Below are positions 25,411 through 37,279 of a DNA stretch of 64,000 nt, piece after piece (the first letter of the stretch is position 1; the number at the start of each line of letters is the position of its first letter). The notes below the pieces were generated by a model. The model ran no database searches, was not told the origin of the DNA, and saw only the letters and a list, made by a program, of their open reading frames with translations. The DNA comes from the human T2T-CHM13v2.0 reference genome, Homo sapiens: NCBI RefSeq assembly GCF_009914755.1, contig NC_060933.1; one strand, given 5' to 3'. The translations under genes were made by a program, and so were the position numbers.

Positions 25411-26179
25411 ACAAGAAACCTATATTTGTTCAACTATGTTCTTCATGGTCTTTGGCTAAAAGACACCAACACTTTCCAACTATTATTTTCTATTAAAAGG
25501 AACCAAAGACTTGTGCATGATCAGACTACAACAAGTCAGTTCATAACATCAGGATGGGAAACCACTGGGCGCAGACTTGTCTGAACACTTGACTGAGTCC
25601 CAGTCAAACCATCTGGGTGATCATTCCCCCTTTTCAATAGCAAAGGCATTCAGAAGCCTCTTTCACTAACAGGCAGGTGGAGCTTGATACACAGAGGACT
25701 AAAAAGAAGCTAGTTGCCTAATGTAAACTATTTGCTCAATAACCAATTATCCAAATTTGGACTACCTATTAATGATCCATTCCCAAAGTTTAACTTTAAT
25801 CATTTACTGAAATTTATCTTAAAAATATTCTTGAAATATTAAATAAATTTCAGGATATTCTCCTAAAGGTAGGAATAATGTGTAGCACTTCTCCCCTTCT
25901 ATTAGAAGCAAAGAACCCTTGCTAAGTGAGAAAATAATGGTATTTCTATTACCTATGATTATGAGCACTTTCTGTCCCAGGAGTCTAATTTAAATTATCC
26001 TTTTGAAAGAAAATATCAGAATGGTAGGGAACCTGGAATTCACACCCAATGGAAATGTCTCTATGAACCACAACAGGTTGATTTGCCCCCTGAGGAGGTG
26101 TCCTTACAACCCCAATTATCCTTTAATTTATGTGAATCCTCTGATTTCTTCTTTCAGGCTTTTACTCAAATTATCAGGA

Positions 26180-26390
26180 TCATTCATTCATTCATTCACT
26201 GAATAAATATATTTGAGCACCAACTATGTGCCAAGTGCTCACTATGGAGACACAGCAGTGGATCATAAAAATTTGCTTCATGGAACTTCATGGAACTTTC
26301 AATATAGCAGGAACACAGGCATTCAACAAATAATTCAAAAATGAATACATAATTACAAACTCCGATGACTAGTTGGAAGGAAAAGTGTAA
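26180..26390 (-). mobile_element. L2 3' end
   Basis: (cattc)n tail then gaataaatatatttgagcaccaactatgtgccaag. Confidence 0.8.
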
Positions 26391-26598
26391 GAGAAAGAAA
26401 AAACCCTATGGTTATCATGGTTATTTTAACTATGGGGTGAAAATCGTGAGTTTGAACATTTTCTCTTTTTTCCTGTTTCTACAAATATTGATTAGGAAGA
26501 CATCTAGCCTCCCAGAAAATGAGGAGGGCAAGTAGGAATGTGCCAAGGGATAAGGAATCCACTCATCCCTTTCCGGGATTAAAAAACAGGTCAGCTGG

Positions 26599-26965
26599 TA
26601 ATATGGTTTGCCTGTGTTCCCACCCAAATCTCATCTTGAATTGTAATTCCCATTATTCCCACAGGTCCAGGGAGGGACCCAGTGGGAGGTGATTAGATTA
26701 TAGGGGCAGTTTTCCCCATGCTGTTCTTATGATATTGAGTGAGTTCTCATGAGATCTGATGGTTTTATAAGTGTTTGACAGTTTCTCCTTCACATGCTCT
26801 TTCCTGCCACCTTGTGAATAAGGCACTTCTTCTTCACCTTCCACCATGATTTTAAGTTTCCTGAGACCTCCACCACTATGTGGAACTGTGGGTCAACTAA
26901 ACCTCTTTCCTTTATAAATTACCTAATCTCAGGTATTTATAGCAGTGTGAAAATGGACTAATACA
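26599..26965 (+). mobile_element. THE1D solo LTR
   Basis: taatatggtttg...ttttataagtgtttgacagtttc...ggactaataca; TSD gctgg (26594-26598) / actgg (26966-26970). Confidence 0.9.
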
Positions 26966-27099
26966 ACTGGTGATCATAACCTACCACTCACTTCAATGTA
27001 AATGGAACAAGTCCTACCACACAAAGATCTCTACCTCCTGATATTACTCTCTGTATCAATCTTTGTTACAAAGTCAGCTAAAGGAGAAGTATTTTTTCT

Positions 27100-27179
27100 A
27101 TCTATGGCCATACCACCCAGAACACGTATGATCTCAGAAGCTAAGCAGGGCCAGGCCTGGTTAGTACTTGAATGGGAGA
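27100..27179 (+). pseudogene. 5S rRNA tailless retropseudogene (3'-truncated, ~10-nt internal deletion)
   Basis: tctatggccataccacccagaac...gatctcagaagctaagcagggccaggcctggttagtacttgaatgggaga; 17-bp TSD (15/17) at 27083-27099 and 27175-27191; no poly(A). Confidence 0.95.
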
Positions 27180-27219
27180 AGTACTTTTTCCCACTCTGAA
27201 TAAAAAAGTAATCTACTTT

Positions 27220-27515
27220 GGCCGGGCATGGTGGCTCACACCTGTAATCCCAGCATTTTGGAAGGCCGAGGCAGGCAGACCACGAGGTCAGGAGATCGAG
27301 ACCATCCTGGCTAACATGGTGAAACCCCATCTCTACTAAAAATACAAAAAATTAGCCAGGCACAGTGGCGGGCGCCTGTTGTCCCAGCTACTCGGGAGGC
27401 TGAGGTAGGAGAATGGCATGAACCCAGGAGGCGCAGCTTGCAGTGAGCCGAGATAGCACCACTGTAGTTAGGCCTGGGTGAAACAGCAAGACTCTGTCTC
27501 AAAAAAAAAAAAAAA
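27220..27515 (+). mobile_element. AluY
   Basis: gagaccatcctggctaac and gaatggcatgaacc diagnostics; TSD aatctacttt. Confidence 0.95.
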
Positions 27516-27699
27516 GAAATCTACTTTGGATATACTTAATGCCCATTAAAATTGTATACGAAAATCAGGAGTACCTCGTGGTTAAATATTTACCAAACAT
27601 GGATAAATCTTAGATCTTATATAGAACAGTATAATCCATGTCAGTTTATTCATTCTAAAATAGGGATTCTCCATCATAATTATCCAGGTAAAGTCAGCT

Positions 27700-27962
27700 A
27701 CTCTCTAAAACCTTCCTTAATTTCCCCAGGCACGGTTATTAATAGTGTTATGTCCTCCTCTCTGCTCCCACAAGACATATTACAGCTCATTTTTGCATAG
27801 TACCATAAATATCTTGAGGTCTTTAAATTTATTTTTCTGCCTGTTTTACTCAACTGAGGCCCTTAAAGAGAGCAACTTAGTCTTATTCATTTGTGTGCCC
27901 TTAGTACCTAGCAGAGTGCCAAGTTTACGGTAATAAAATCGATAAAAGTTTGAGTGAACAAA
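27700..27962 (+). mobile_element. L2 3' end
   Basis: tcttattcatttgtgtgcccttagtacctagcagagtgcc...tttgagtgaac. Confidence 0.65.
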
Positions 27963-27999
27963 GAAAAAGGTTTCTACAAATTAAATCTCATTATGATGA

Positions 28000-28980
28000 A
28001 TGGAGGAGGATGACTTGACTTTTGACTTGGGCCCTGAATGAGGAGACAGACATGCAATATCTAGGCAGGAATAGCAGTCAAGGGAGAACTGCAAGTGCCA
28101 AGACATGAGGGGAGGAAAAATGATACAGAAATCAGGCACCTGGGGATAGTAAAAGAGAGTGGAGAAGCTGAGATCAGAGAAGAGAGGTAGAGGCTAAATA
28201 ATGTAGGTCAGGATAAGAAGTTTAGAGATCCAAAAATAAAAATAAAAAATAAAGAAGTTTGGTAAGTGTATTATATACAAAGGATTCATTTTCAGCAGAA
28301 GAATTACATGATATATTTTATATTCTGAAAAGATTACCCTGGGTATTGTTTGGAGGATTCATTTCAGAGGTGCGTGCTTGGGAGCAGGGAAACCCTAGGA
28401 TACTATGGCAGAAGTCTAGGCAAGAGGTATTGATGGCTGGTTCTAGAGCAGTAGCAAGTGAAATGGACAGAACTAGCTGGACTTGAGATATCTTTTAGAG
28501 GTAAAGGCAGCCAGACTTGGTAAGTTAGATATGAACAGGGCTATTATTTAGCTGGTGAGTCCCTAGAGAGCTCCCCAGTTATCAAAGTATTGAAATATTT
28601 TTATACCTTTTGGAAAACAGTCACAGCCAAGGGCCCCCAAGTGGGGCCTCAGTTGCAACACCCCAATACTCCTGGACTTCCCTATAAGCAAAAACAAAAA
28701 TATTAATGCCTGGCATGGTAGAGACCTCTCTAGACAGCTCTATTCCCTGACTCTGTTCTGATTGATGAGTCCCATTCTGTACCATTAGCTAAAGATCACA
28801 ACTGGCTTTAGAGGAAAAGAAACAGGAGGAATGGGGAACACCTAGGCTTTTGGCTTGAGCTGTTGGATGCATGGCGTTGCTATTTACTGACATGTGGAGG
28901 AATTGGAGAGGAACAAGTTTGGTAGGGGGAAAATAATAATTCTGTTAAATTTGGTACTTATTACACATCCTAATGGAAAA
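28000..28980 (-). mobile_element. L2 body fragments with an unassigned ~260-bp insert (~28536-28810)
   Basis: Purine-rich L2 pattern (aaaagattaccctggg; ggacttgagatatcttttagaggtaaag; ggctttttggcttgagc). Confidence 0.6.
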
Positions 28981-29216
28981 GAATAGAAAGACTTCATAGG
29001 CCAAGTGAAGGTTTCCAGTCACTACCCACACCAGCAAACCTCAATGCAACAAAACTCTAAAACAATAAAACTTTCAAATGACCTTAAGAATCATTTTACT
29101 GCAAGTAAATTTAGAATTTACTACAAATAAATCTGTAATTCTCTGGATTCTATTAAAACCACGAAGTACCTCCAAGCCCTTTATAAATCCAGGTTCTAAC
29201 AATCCATTTGGATAGC

Positions 29217-29697
29217 TGTAGTAGGCTGAATAATGGCCACTCAAAGATATGAAGTCCTAATTCTGGTACCTATAAACATGTCCTTATTTGGAAAAACGGT
29301 CTCTGTAGACGGGATTAGATTAAGAATCTTGAGATGGGTCGATTGCCCCGAATTATCCAGGTGAACCCTAAATGCAATCACATGCATTCTTAGGGAGGCA
29401 GAGGGAGATTAGAGCAGACAGAAAAGGAGAAGACCATGTGAAGACAGAGGCAGAGATTGAAGTGATGTGGCCACAAGCCAAGGAATGCTGGCAGCCACCA
29501 GAAGCTGGAAGAGGCAACAAACAAATTCTCCCCTAGAGCCTCCAGAAAGCAGGCAGCACAACTGACACTTTGATTTCAGCTCAGTGATAACAGATTTCAG
29601 GCTCCTGGCCTAGAGAACTGTGGGATAATACATTTCTTTTGTTTTAAGCTGCCACACTTGTGGTTATTTATTACAGCAGCCACAGGAAACAAATACA
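29217..29697 (+). mobile_element. MLT1C/D solo LTR
   Basis: tgtagtaggctgaataatggcc...ccacaagccaaggaatgc...cagccacaggaaacaaataca. Confidence 0.9.
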
Positions 29698-29758
29698 CCC
29701 ACCAAAGTAATCAAGAAGAAAGGCAGTGTTGTATACCTCTTATAAATGAAAACCCAGC

Positions 29759-30057
29759 GGCTGGGCACCGTGGCTCACACCGGGTAATCCCAGCACTTTG
29801 GGAGGCCGAGACGGGTGGATCACGAGGTCAGGAGATCGAGACCATCCTGGCTAATATGGTGAAGCCCTGTCTCTACTAAAAAAATATATAAAAAATTAGC
29901 CGGGCGTGGTGGCGGGTGCCTGTAGTCCCAGCTACTCAGAAGGCTGAGGCAGGAGAGTGGCGTGAACCCAGGGGACAGAGCTTGCAGTGAGTGGAGATGT
30001 GCCACTGCACCCCAGCCTGGGTGACAGAGTGAGACTCCACCTCAATAAATAAATAAA
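29759..30057 (+). mobile_element. AluY with (AAAT)n tail
   Basis: Y diagnostics; TSD taaatgaaaacccag at 29743-29757 and 30058-30072. Confidence 0.95.
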
Positions 30058-30199
30058 TAAATGAAAACCCAGAGATAGGGATGCTTATGACATTGTGTTA
30101 TAAACTCACACTACTCCTATTCCCCCCAGCTAGATGAGGCTAGATGACTTTCCCTAGACCTCCTTTAAAGCCTTTATTTCCTGTGAGATAAGAGAGAGG

Positions 30200-30641
30200 G
30201 GACAAAGACTTTCCCTGACCAAATTTTAGTCAGGCTCCTCTGAGCCCTCCTTTCAACTAGGCCTCAACCTTGGCCCCTGTCCTACCTTCCACCTGTCTAG
30301 CCCACTTTTAGAAAGAATCCTGCTGTCAATTGAGAGAGAATCTCTCATCCTTAATATCTAATCACCCTTAGTATATAACCAAGTTTCTCACCCCCTACCT
30401 TTGATGTATATGTCCATAACCTGCCTTCAGCAAGAAAAAATTCCCCTACCCCCTCTTAGAAATTTTTCATTCACTGACCCCTTTACCCTTCTCCTTGGCA
30501 ATAAATATCCACTTGTCCTTGTATTTGGAGATGAGCTTGATCTCTGTTTTCCATTGGAATAAAGTTAGCCCCTATTGTGATTGTCTTAAATAAAGTTTTC
30601 TCACTATTTTAACAAGTGTCAGGATAACTCATTCTTTAATA
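30200..30641 (+). mobile_element. MER31 (ERV1) solo LTR
   Basis: gacaaagact...gaccaaattttagtcaggctcctctgagccc...aataaag...ttctttaata. Confidence 0.85.
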
Positions 30642-30919
30642 GAGAAAGCATTGCTAGCTTATCAGCTATTGACTTTCAGACATTGGAAACTTCAAATGGC
30701 TTTCCTTTCTAGATGAGATGTTTGGTGCTGCTGAAAATCTCATAGGTGAGCAAGAAAAGGAACTATCCCAGTTCTATTTGGATATACTTGGTCTTTAAGT
30801 TGAAACTCCTCATAACTTTTGTATTCCAAAGAAGACATAAATGGGACAACTCTTTCATTTAACGTCTTTTCCCTCCTTCCCTCCTTCCATCCTTTCCTTC
30901 CTTTTTTACTTCTTTCCTT

Positions 30920-31200
30920 TCACCCAATTATTCATTCACTCATTCAGCAAACATTTGCTGAGGCATGACTGTGCACAAAGCTACCTGCTCTGGACCATAG
31001 AGCTAGAAACGTGTAGATATGATAGTCACCAACCCCAAAGGAGGAAGGAAACCACAGTAGGGCTCCGAGCCCGTACCTGGTATCTGGCTCTATTCTGGAA
31101 ATTTTCACATGTATTGTCACATTTAATCCACCCACAGAACCAGAGAGATGATTGTTATTATTCTCTTTTTCCCTAACAGATGATGAAAAACTGAGTCTTA
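30920..31200 (-). mobile_element. L2 tail followed by MIR (MIR resumes after L1MC1 at ~31560)
   Basis: ttcattcactcattcagcaaacatttgctgag; cacatttaatcc...aacagatgatgaaaaactgagtct. Confidence 0.6.
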
Positions 31201-31212
31201 AAAGAAATTGAG

Positions 31213-31558
31213 TATGAGGAGAGATGAATAGAGCACAGACTATTTTTAGGGTAGACAAAATATCCTGTACAATATCATAATGGTGGATACAGATTATTAT
31301 ACATTTGTCTAAACCCATAGAATATACAAGCCCAAGAGTAAACCTGATGTAAATTATGAACCTTGGGTAATAATGATGAGTCAATGTAGGTTCATCAATT
31401 GCAACAAATGGACCACTCTGGTGGGGGATGTTATAATGGGAGAGGCTATGCCTGTGTGGTAGTAGGAGGTATAAGGAAAGTCTGTTTATCTTCCATTTTT
31501 CTGTGACCCTGAAACGGCTCTATAAGAATGAGGACTTTTTTAAAAAGAAAAAGAAGAA
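31213..31558 (+). mobile_element. L1MC1-like 3' end inserted into MIR
   Basis: aatggtggatac...gtcaatgtaggttcatcaattgcaacaaatggaccactctggtggggg; flanking aaattgag on both sides. Confidence 0.85.
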
Positions 31559-31824
31559 AAATTGAGCAGCTTACTCAGGACCATGCAGTTACTCTTTTTT
31601 CTCACTGTGCTGTAACAAGATATGCACACAAATAACTATGATACAAGGTAAATGGGAACAACTTTGCTACTCTAGAAGAGAATAGGTAAATCCTTTTAGA
31701 GTTCAAAGAATTTTTAAATATAGGAAAGAAAGAACTATTTTGTGTCTGGTATGTGCTAGGCATTTCACCTTGCATATCCACATGCATAATCTTTCTTTAT
31801 GGAAGTAAGAACACGTAATATGGG

Positions 31825-32012
31825 CTCTACCCTCTTCATAAGTTTTCAACTGGACAATACAGTATTGTTGACTACAGGCACAATGTTGTACAGCAGGTCT
31901 CTGGAACTTATTCATGTTTCATCACTGAAACTTTATACCTGTTGAACAGCAACTCCCCATTTCCCCCTCTTCCCCGCTCCTGGTAACCACCATTCTACTG
32001 TCTGCTCCTATG
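31825..32012 (-). mobile_element. L1MA9/10-like 3' UTR fragment
   Basis: acaatgttgtacagcaggtctctggaacttattcat...cctggtaaccaccattctact. Confidence 0.8.
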
Positions 32013-32059
32013 CATCATCTTGTTCAATTCTTTCCACAGCCCTATGATGAGTGACATCC

Positions 32060-32470
32060 CACTTTCAGCTGGAGAGACTGGGGAAGTCATCAAGGAAAAG
32101 GCAATTCTAATTTTGGGCTTTGAAGGGTGAGGAAGGTAGAGCATACAGAATTGGAAAAAAGGCACATTCCAAGGGAGGAAACAGAAAAGTTCTAGAAAAA
32201 GAAAAAACATTTTTACAAAGCAGCTGTTGGTGAAATTGGCTGGAGCAGTAAAAGCACAATAGGAAAGAAAAAAGGTAGAGAGCCCTGAAGGCCATGTTCA
32301 AATATGTGGGCCTTGTTCAGTGAACCATGGGAGCTCTTGACAAGGAGGCCAGGGCTGAACTTGAGGAAAAGTGTGTCGTGGAGGATGAACGGGAAGAATG
32401 AAGGGAGAAACTAGGGTCAAGGGAGCGAGGTGGTAGGCTTTGGAAATAATCTAAGGAGTGGTTGTAAGAC
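32060..32470 (-). mobile_element. L2 fragment
   Basis: ttgggctttgaagggtgagg...ggcacattccaagggagg...gggagctcttga. Confidence 0.55.
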
Positions 32471-32974
32471 TCTTCTGAGAAAGGGGACAGGCTCGGAGGG
32501 AGGGGGGAATCACACAGTGAGATAAAAATTGACATCATTTTTCAAAAAACATATTAAAGATAGGAAAAAAAACAGCTTAAAATAACTGGTTCTCTTTTGG
32601 AAAAGAGGGAGCAACGGGCCAAGGATATTTTCTTTTAAACCTATATTTGTTAGATGGCAAGGGCGGCAGCTGGCCAGTAGTAAATTGTTCCTTATCTCTA
32701 GACCTAGGCCATTTCACTCTTCTACCCAGAGTTTGAATAATAGATGTTCTGCTCTTCCAAGGAAAACAATGTCATTGAAAAAGGTGGAACAGGATGGTTT
32801 GTTTTTTATGGACAAAGTTTCATGCACTGTGTCAGAAGTCATCTATTTCTTTCCCAGTTGACCCAACAGCCCAACCAGCTGACCTTGAAAAGTCATTTTC
32901 TTTCTCTTTTCAGTACAGTTTTAAAAATTGAAGTGTTCTTAGAATTGGAGAGACAAACCTAGGAATGAAGCTTG

Positions 32975-32978
<4 letters not shown>

Positions 32979-33005
<27 letters not shown>
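32979..33005 (+). repeat. A27 homopolymer
   Basis: Directly visible; no adjacent Alu or L1 body recognised. Confidence 0.95.
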
Positions 33006-34599
33006 GGTAATCGATCTGTTCAAAAGTTCTCCTGATAAGACTGAACAGTGAAGGCTAAGGATTATGCAGTGATGGGGAAGGAACTAATTTACTGGCACCT
33101 GTTAGTCCTCAATACTCAGCTTGATGTTGTGAATTTAACAACAAACAAGACAATCCCTACCCTCAGTGCACTCACAAACAGATAGAAAAATTACTTGAAC
33201 AACTAGTTTGGAAGGGAAATTTCCAGAGGTATTCAATGGGATGAAAACTCTGGCGATCTTCGGATTTATGGATCACTTTCTGATCAAGTCTGATGGACAT
33301 CTATACCTGCAAACATAGTATACGTTCAGTGATTGAAAAGTCGAATCTTGTGTAATAGTACTCAAAGCTGCCAAATCATTTGAAATTATGACTCTCTTCT
33401 CCTTCCTAGGAGGAGGGGGCAGAGAATGGAGAAAGGGGGAAATGCGGTCATTTTCTCCACCTAACAATGTTCCCCTCCCCCAGCTGATCAATGGCAGTTC
33501 CTGATCCCCTCAAGACTGGGTTAGGGCATGGTTGGATAGGTGTCAGTGGTAGGAAAAAAAGGTAAGGGTAACAGGTAACATCTTCCCTGACTGGGTGTAT
33601 TGTAAGCAGTTTGGGCAGTGGGGATGGGAAATGTTAAAGCTGCTTTCTAGGGAGCTCACTGATAAGCTTCCACAGGCCATGCCCTTGATCGAAGTAAAAG
33701 CCCACTGATCCAGCATTACTCACTCTCTCCTCTGCTCCTAGGAATCCAGAAGTGCAACTTACCCTCGGTTGAGGCCATTTCTCCCCACTTGATAACCCTA
33801 TTGGATAAGATGATAAGATGATCCCACCCAGGGTTGTCAGATAAATTGTTCTGTCTTTGTCCAGAAAAAATCTGAGAGTGAAGACTAACCCCCAGAAGGA
33901 ACAATTCTCATCCTCTGATATCCTGGGTGGGGTGGGGGAATGGGGGTCAGGCAACAGGCCCGTGTGTTCCCCTAACTGCTCACTGCATGGTGCCTTTGAA
34001 CTCCTCTTCCTTGACAAGGTGAAGGGGAAAGCTCCCCTTTCAACCCTCCTCCTTGGATGGAGAACTCACAACTCTTGTGGAGGACTCACAACATAGCCAC
34101 AACTCTTTCCAAAGAAATCCCCATAAATTTTTCCTAAATCTGCACTCTCTCAACCCTATTATATCCTGGGTATGGTGGGGGTTAGGCAAGCTACGGTTTT
34201 CAATTTATCTTCTCTAGAATTTCTGCATATGACCTAAAATCTACTATAGAATGTATGGTGTTGCATAAACTGAAACCTTCAATATAATATCCTGTTTAAT
34301 TTTCAGAGACAAAGTTGAAAATAAATTACAGAATTTATTAATAGCAGTAAGTGCTTGATGCTCCTACGCAAAGCCCTTGTAAGGAATAAAGAATACAGAT
34401 GAGGCCAAAGCCTCTTGCTTCCCAGTCATTAACTCTCTCCCTCTTCCATTCCCCAAACACCAGGGTGGGAGGCTATCACTGCATTGCAAGGAAAGACCGA
34501 TGTGAAGTAGCACCCCATGACTACTAGAGGAAGTGGAGCATGTCAAATCACTAAAAAAAGTACATCTGACCCCAAATCAAGTGCTGAGTAATCCAGGCA

Positions 34600-35380
34600 T
34601 CTTGGCGCAGAGTGAGAACAATGAACAGGGTCAAGTTGTCATCTGGGAGAAAAGAACGCTGATTAGAGATGAGTAAGTGTCTTCCACCACAGTAAAGGAC
34701 CCAAGACCTTTAACCAGTTCTTAGAGCAGGAAGTAAAAGAAGAAGGGGCAGGAGAGCCCACCTTGTAAAAACTGAAGAAGTGACAGAGAAAGAGATTGGC
34801 TTGGTTTCTGCCACTGAGTAATACAAAGCCTTCTAACTGGCCAAGTTATGTATCATGAATAGGCTACAGTTGTGCCGCAAGACCTTCAATCCATAAACCT
34901 TTGGGGCTGCCAGAGACCCTGGATGGGTCACCTCTGACCATGAGCAGCCTTATTTGGGGCTCTTCAGAGGGTGGCTCAAGATTAGTGGGATCAGTCTGTA
35001 TACCCCACAGTCACTGTAGGCAGGAGTGTAATAAGCACCACTGTGAAATAATGGCTCAGCTTCAACATACTGAGCAGAGCCAAGGAGAAGCCCTTCCATC
35101 CAGACAGCCACACCAGCAGCTAAAATGGTGTGGGATTGCTGGATCAAATGCTGGATCTAATGGATGAGCGAACAGCTCATCATGGACAAGTGGCCCATGG
35201 GGCTTATAGAGAAGTTTGTGTTCCTGATGTCCAAGGTCTATAGTACACAGACTAAGGTGCCACCTGTCTGCATTGAAAGACAGGGACCTCAAGCTCCTGA
35301 GGTGGCCTGCCAACATATCTGGAATTTCTGGTCATTTGTTATTGATGTGCACTTTAATGGCATTCAAGCCATCTGCATGG
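34600..35380 (+). mobile_element. Probable Gypsy/Ty3 (Gmr1-like) gag-protease relic
   Basis: Frame-broken peptides in gag-pro order: KEIGLVSATE*YKAF, RLQLCRKTFNP, EQ...YTPQSL*AGV (SCAN-like), WCGIAG (knuckle-like), GQVA-MGLIE and KVPPVCIE (protease-like). Confidence 0.5.
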
Positions 35381-35539
35381 CAACTGCTCTAATGATATGT
35401 GAGAGTTCTGTAAATGAGAGTCACATTATTATTCTGAAGTACCAGATATGACAAAGTTAATTACATTTGAAAAGCATTTGCATTATCACAAGACATTTCA
35501 ATAGTAAATTTGTCAATGAAAGGATGGTCTATTATAGTC

Positions 35540-35940
35540 CTAACTATAATTTCAACTATTATGAGTTTTGGAATTGTTGTAAAACAATAATCTAAATACT
35601 ATTTTATGACATCTTCATGCAAATTCTCTCACTGATGGTGAATATCCAAAATTTGAAGAGATCATTGTTAAAAAACTTTTGATCAGGAATTGAGTGTAGC
35701 CATTTCAAGCATCAAACTTGATATTAAAAAGTTGTGTTTCTAAAAGTAAACTCTCATTTTTAAAACTGACAATACCCTATTTAGATGTTCTATGCAAACA
35801 CATCTAATATCTTTCTCAATTTTTTCTTATAAGAAATTGGCTTCGACATACATATTTTAAAGTTTTGATGTTTTATAAAGAATATATTCCTTGTGTATAG
35901 CATCCAAGGACTGTTCCATAAAAAATTTGATCCTCAACTA
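35540..35940 (+). mobile_element. hAT-Charlie transposase C-terminal relic
   Basis: YEFW...IL...VNIQNLKRSLLKN / DQELSVAISSIKLDIKKLCF resembles the hAT dimerisation-domain end. Confidence 0.65.
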
Positions 35941-36150
35941 TGGCTCTCAGTCTTCAAGATTCTAGCATGAACCTCCTCTCCTTTTAAGAGGAGGGTTCAC
36001 AACTACCTCGTTCTTGGGACCCTCCTTCCCATGGGAGGAAATAGAACAACCTGGGTCCTGTGTTTTCCCAGGTGTTTTATCTTATTAAGTCGTGTTTTCT
36101 TATGTGATCACCTTTTTAAAGAAATATTTAAAAACAATTTTTAAAGACAC

Positions 36151-36718
36151 ATGGTGGAGATTTCTTAAAGAACTAAAAATAGAACTACCATTTGATCCAG
36201 CAATCCCACTGCTGGGTATCTACCCAGAGGAAAAGAAATCATTATACAAAAAAGGTATTTGCACACACGTTTATAGAAGCACAATTTGCAATTGCAAAAA
36301 TGTGGAACCAATCCAAATGCCCAACAATCAATGAGTGGATAAAGAAACTGTGGAATATATATATGATGGAATACTACTGAGCCATAAAAAGGAATGAATT
36401 AATGGCATTTGCGGCAACCTGGATGGGATTGGAGGCTATTATTCTAAGTGAAGTAACTCAGGAATGGAAAAGCAAACATCGTATGTTCTCACTCATAAGT
36501 GGGAACTAAGCTATGAGGATGCAAAGGCATATGAATGATACAATGGACTTTGGAGACTCACGGGAAAAGGGTGGGATGGGGGATGAAGGATAAAGACTAC
36601 AAATTGGGTGCAGAGTGTACTGCTCAGGTGATGGGTGCACCAAAATCTCACAAATCACCACTAAAGAACTGAAGTAACCAAACACCACCTGTTCCCCAAT
36701 AACTAATGGAAACAAAAA
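36151..36718 (+). mobile_element. L1PB1 5'-truncated 3' end
   Basis: ELPFDPAIPLLGIYP; 3' UTR gatgggtgcaccaaaatctcacaaatcaccactaaagaact; TSD aattt(t)taaagaca. Confidence 0.92.
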
Positions 36719-36886
36719 ATTTTAAAGACAATTCAGTCTACTTTTAGCATATGCTTCGGCTAATTTTACTATTTTCATTATTTTATCTTTAAAAATATTT
36801 TCTCTACACTTCTAACTTATTTGTAATATTTTATCTTTTTTCTCCTGGTCCTACACCATTGTAGAATGGGAAGATTGGAGAGGTGA

Positions 36887-37149
<263 letters not shown>

Positions 37150-37279
37150 CTCAGAGACTTTTCAGAAAAGACATCATAAAAGGGAGCCAGGTCAGAGAAA
37201 AAGGCTATTCAGCCAGGTCCACTCCTCAGGAAGCCTTGCTGAATTTCTCCTATGTCATCATCCGTTGTTCACCTACTAC

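Larger units (their letters stand above)
23982..25471 (+). mobile_element. MER110/MER90-like ERV1 LTR, split by MLT1E and THE1C
   Basis: gcttctgacagcacccaatccagagcaaa...ctaacacaagcctaaattctataa before the insert; ttgttcaacta...ggtctttggct after 25410. Confidence 0.65.

Noticed and set aside
27100-27179. Functional 5S rRNA gene
   Set aside because: Missing ~30 nt at the 3' end, internal deletion, substitutions, flanked by a TSD, and not in a tandem array.
32979-33005. Orphan A27 as the tail of a processed pseudogene
   Set aside because: No TSD, no nearby upstream AATAAA and no mRNA-like body; likely slippage expansion.
35164-35451. 95-aa ATG ORF as a domesticated gene
   Set aside because: The upstream frame has many stops and the putative protease motif is degenerate; treated as a fossil.
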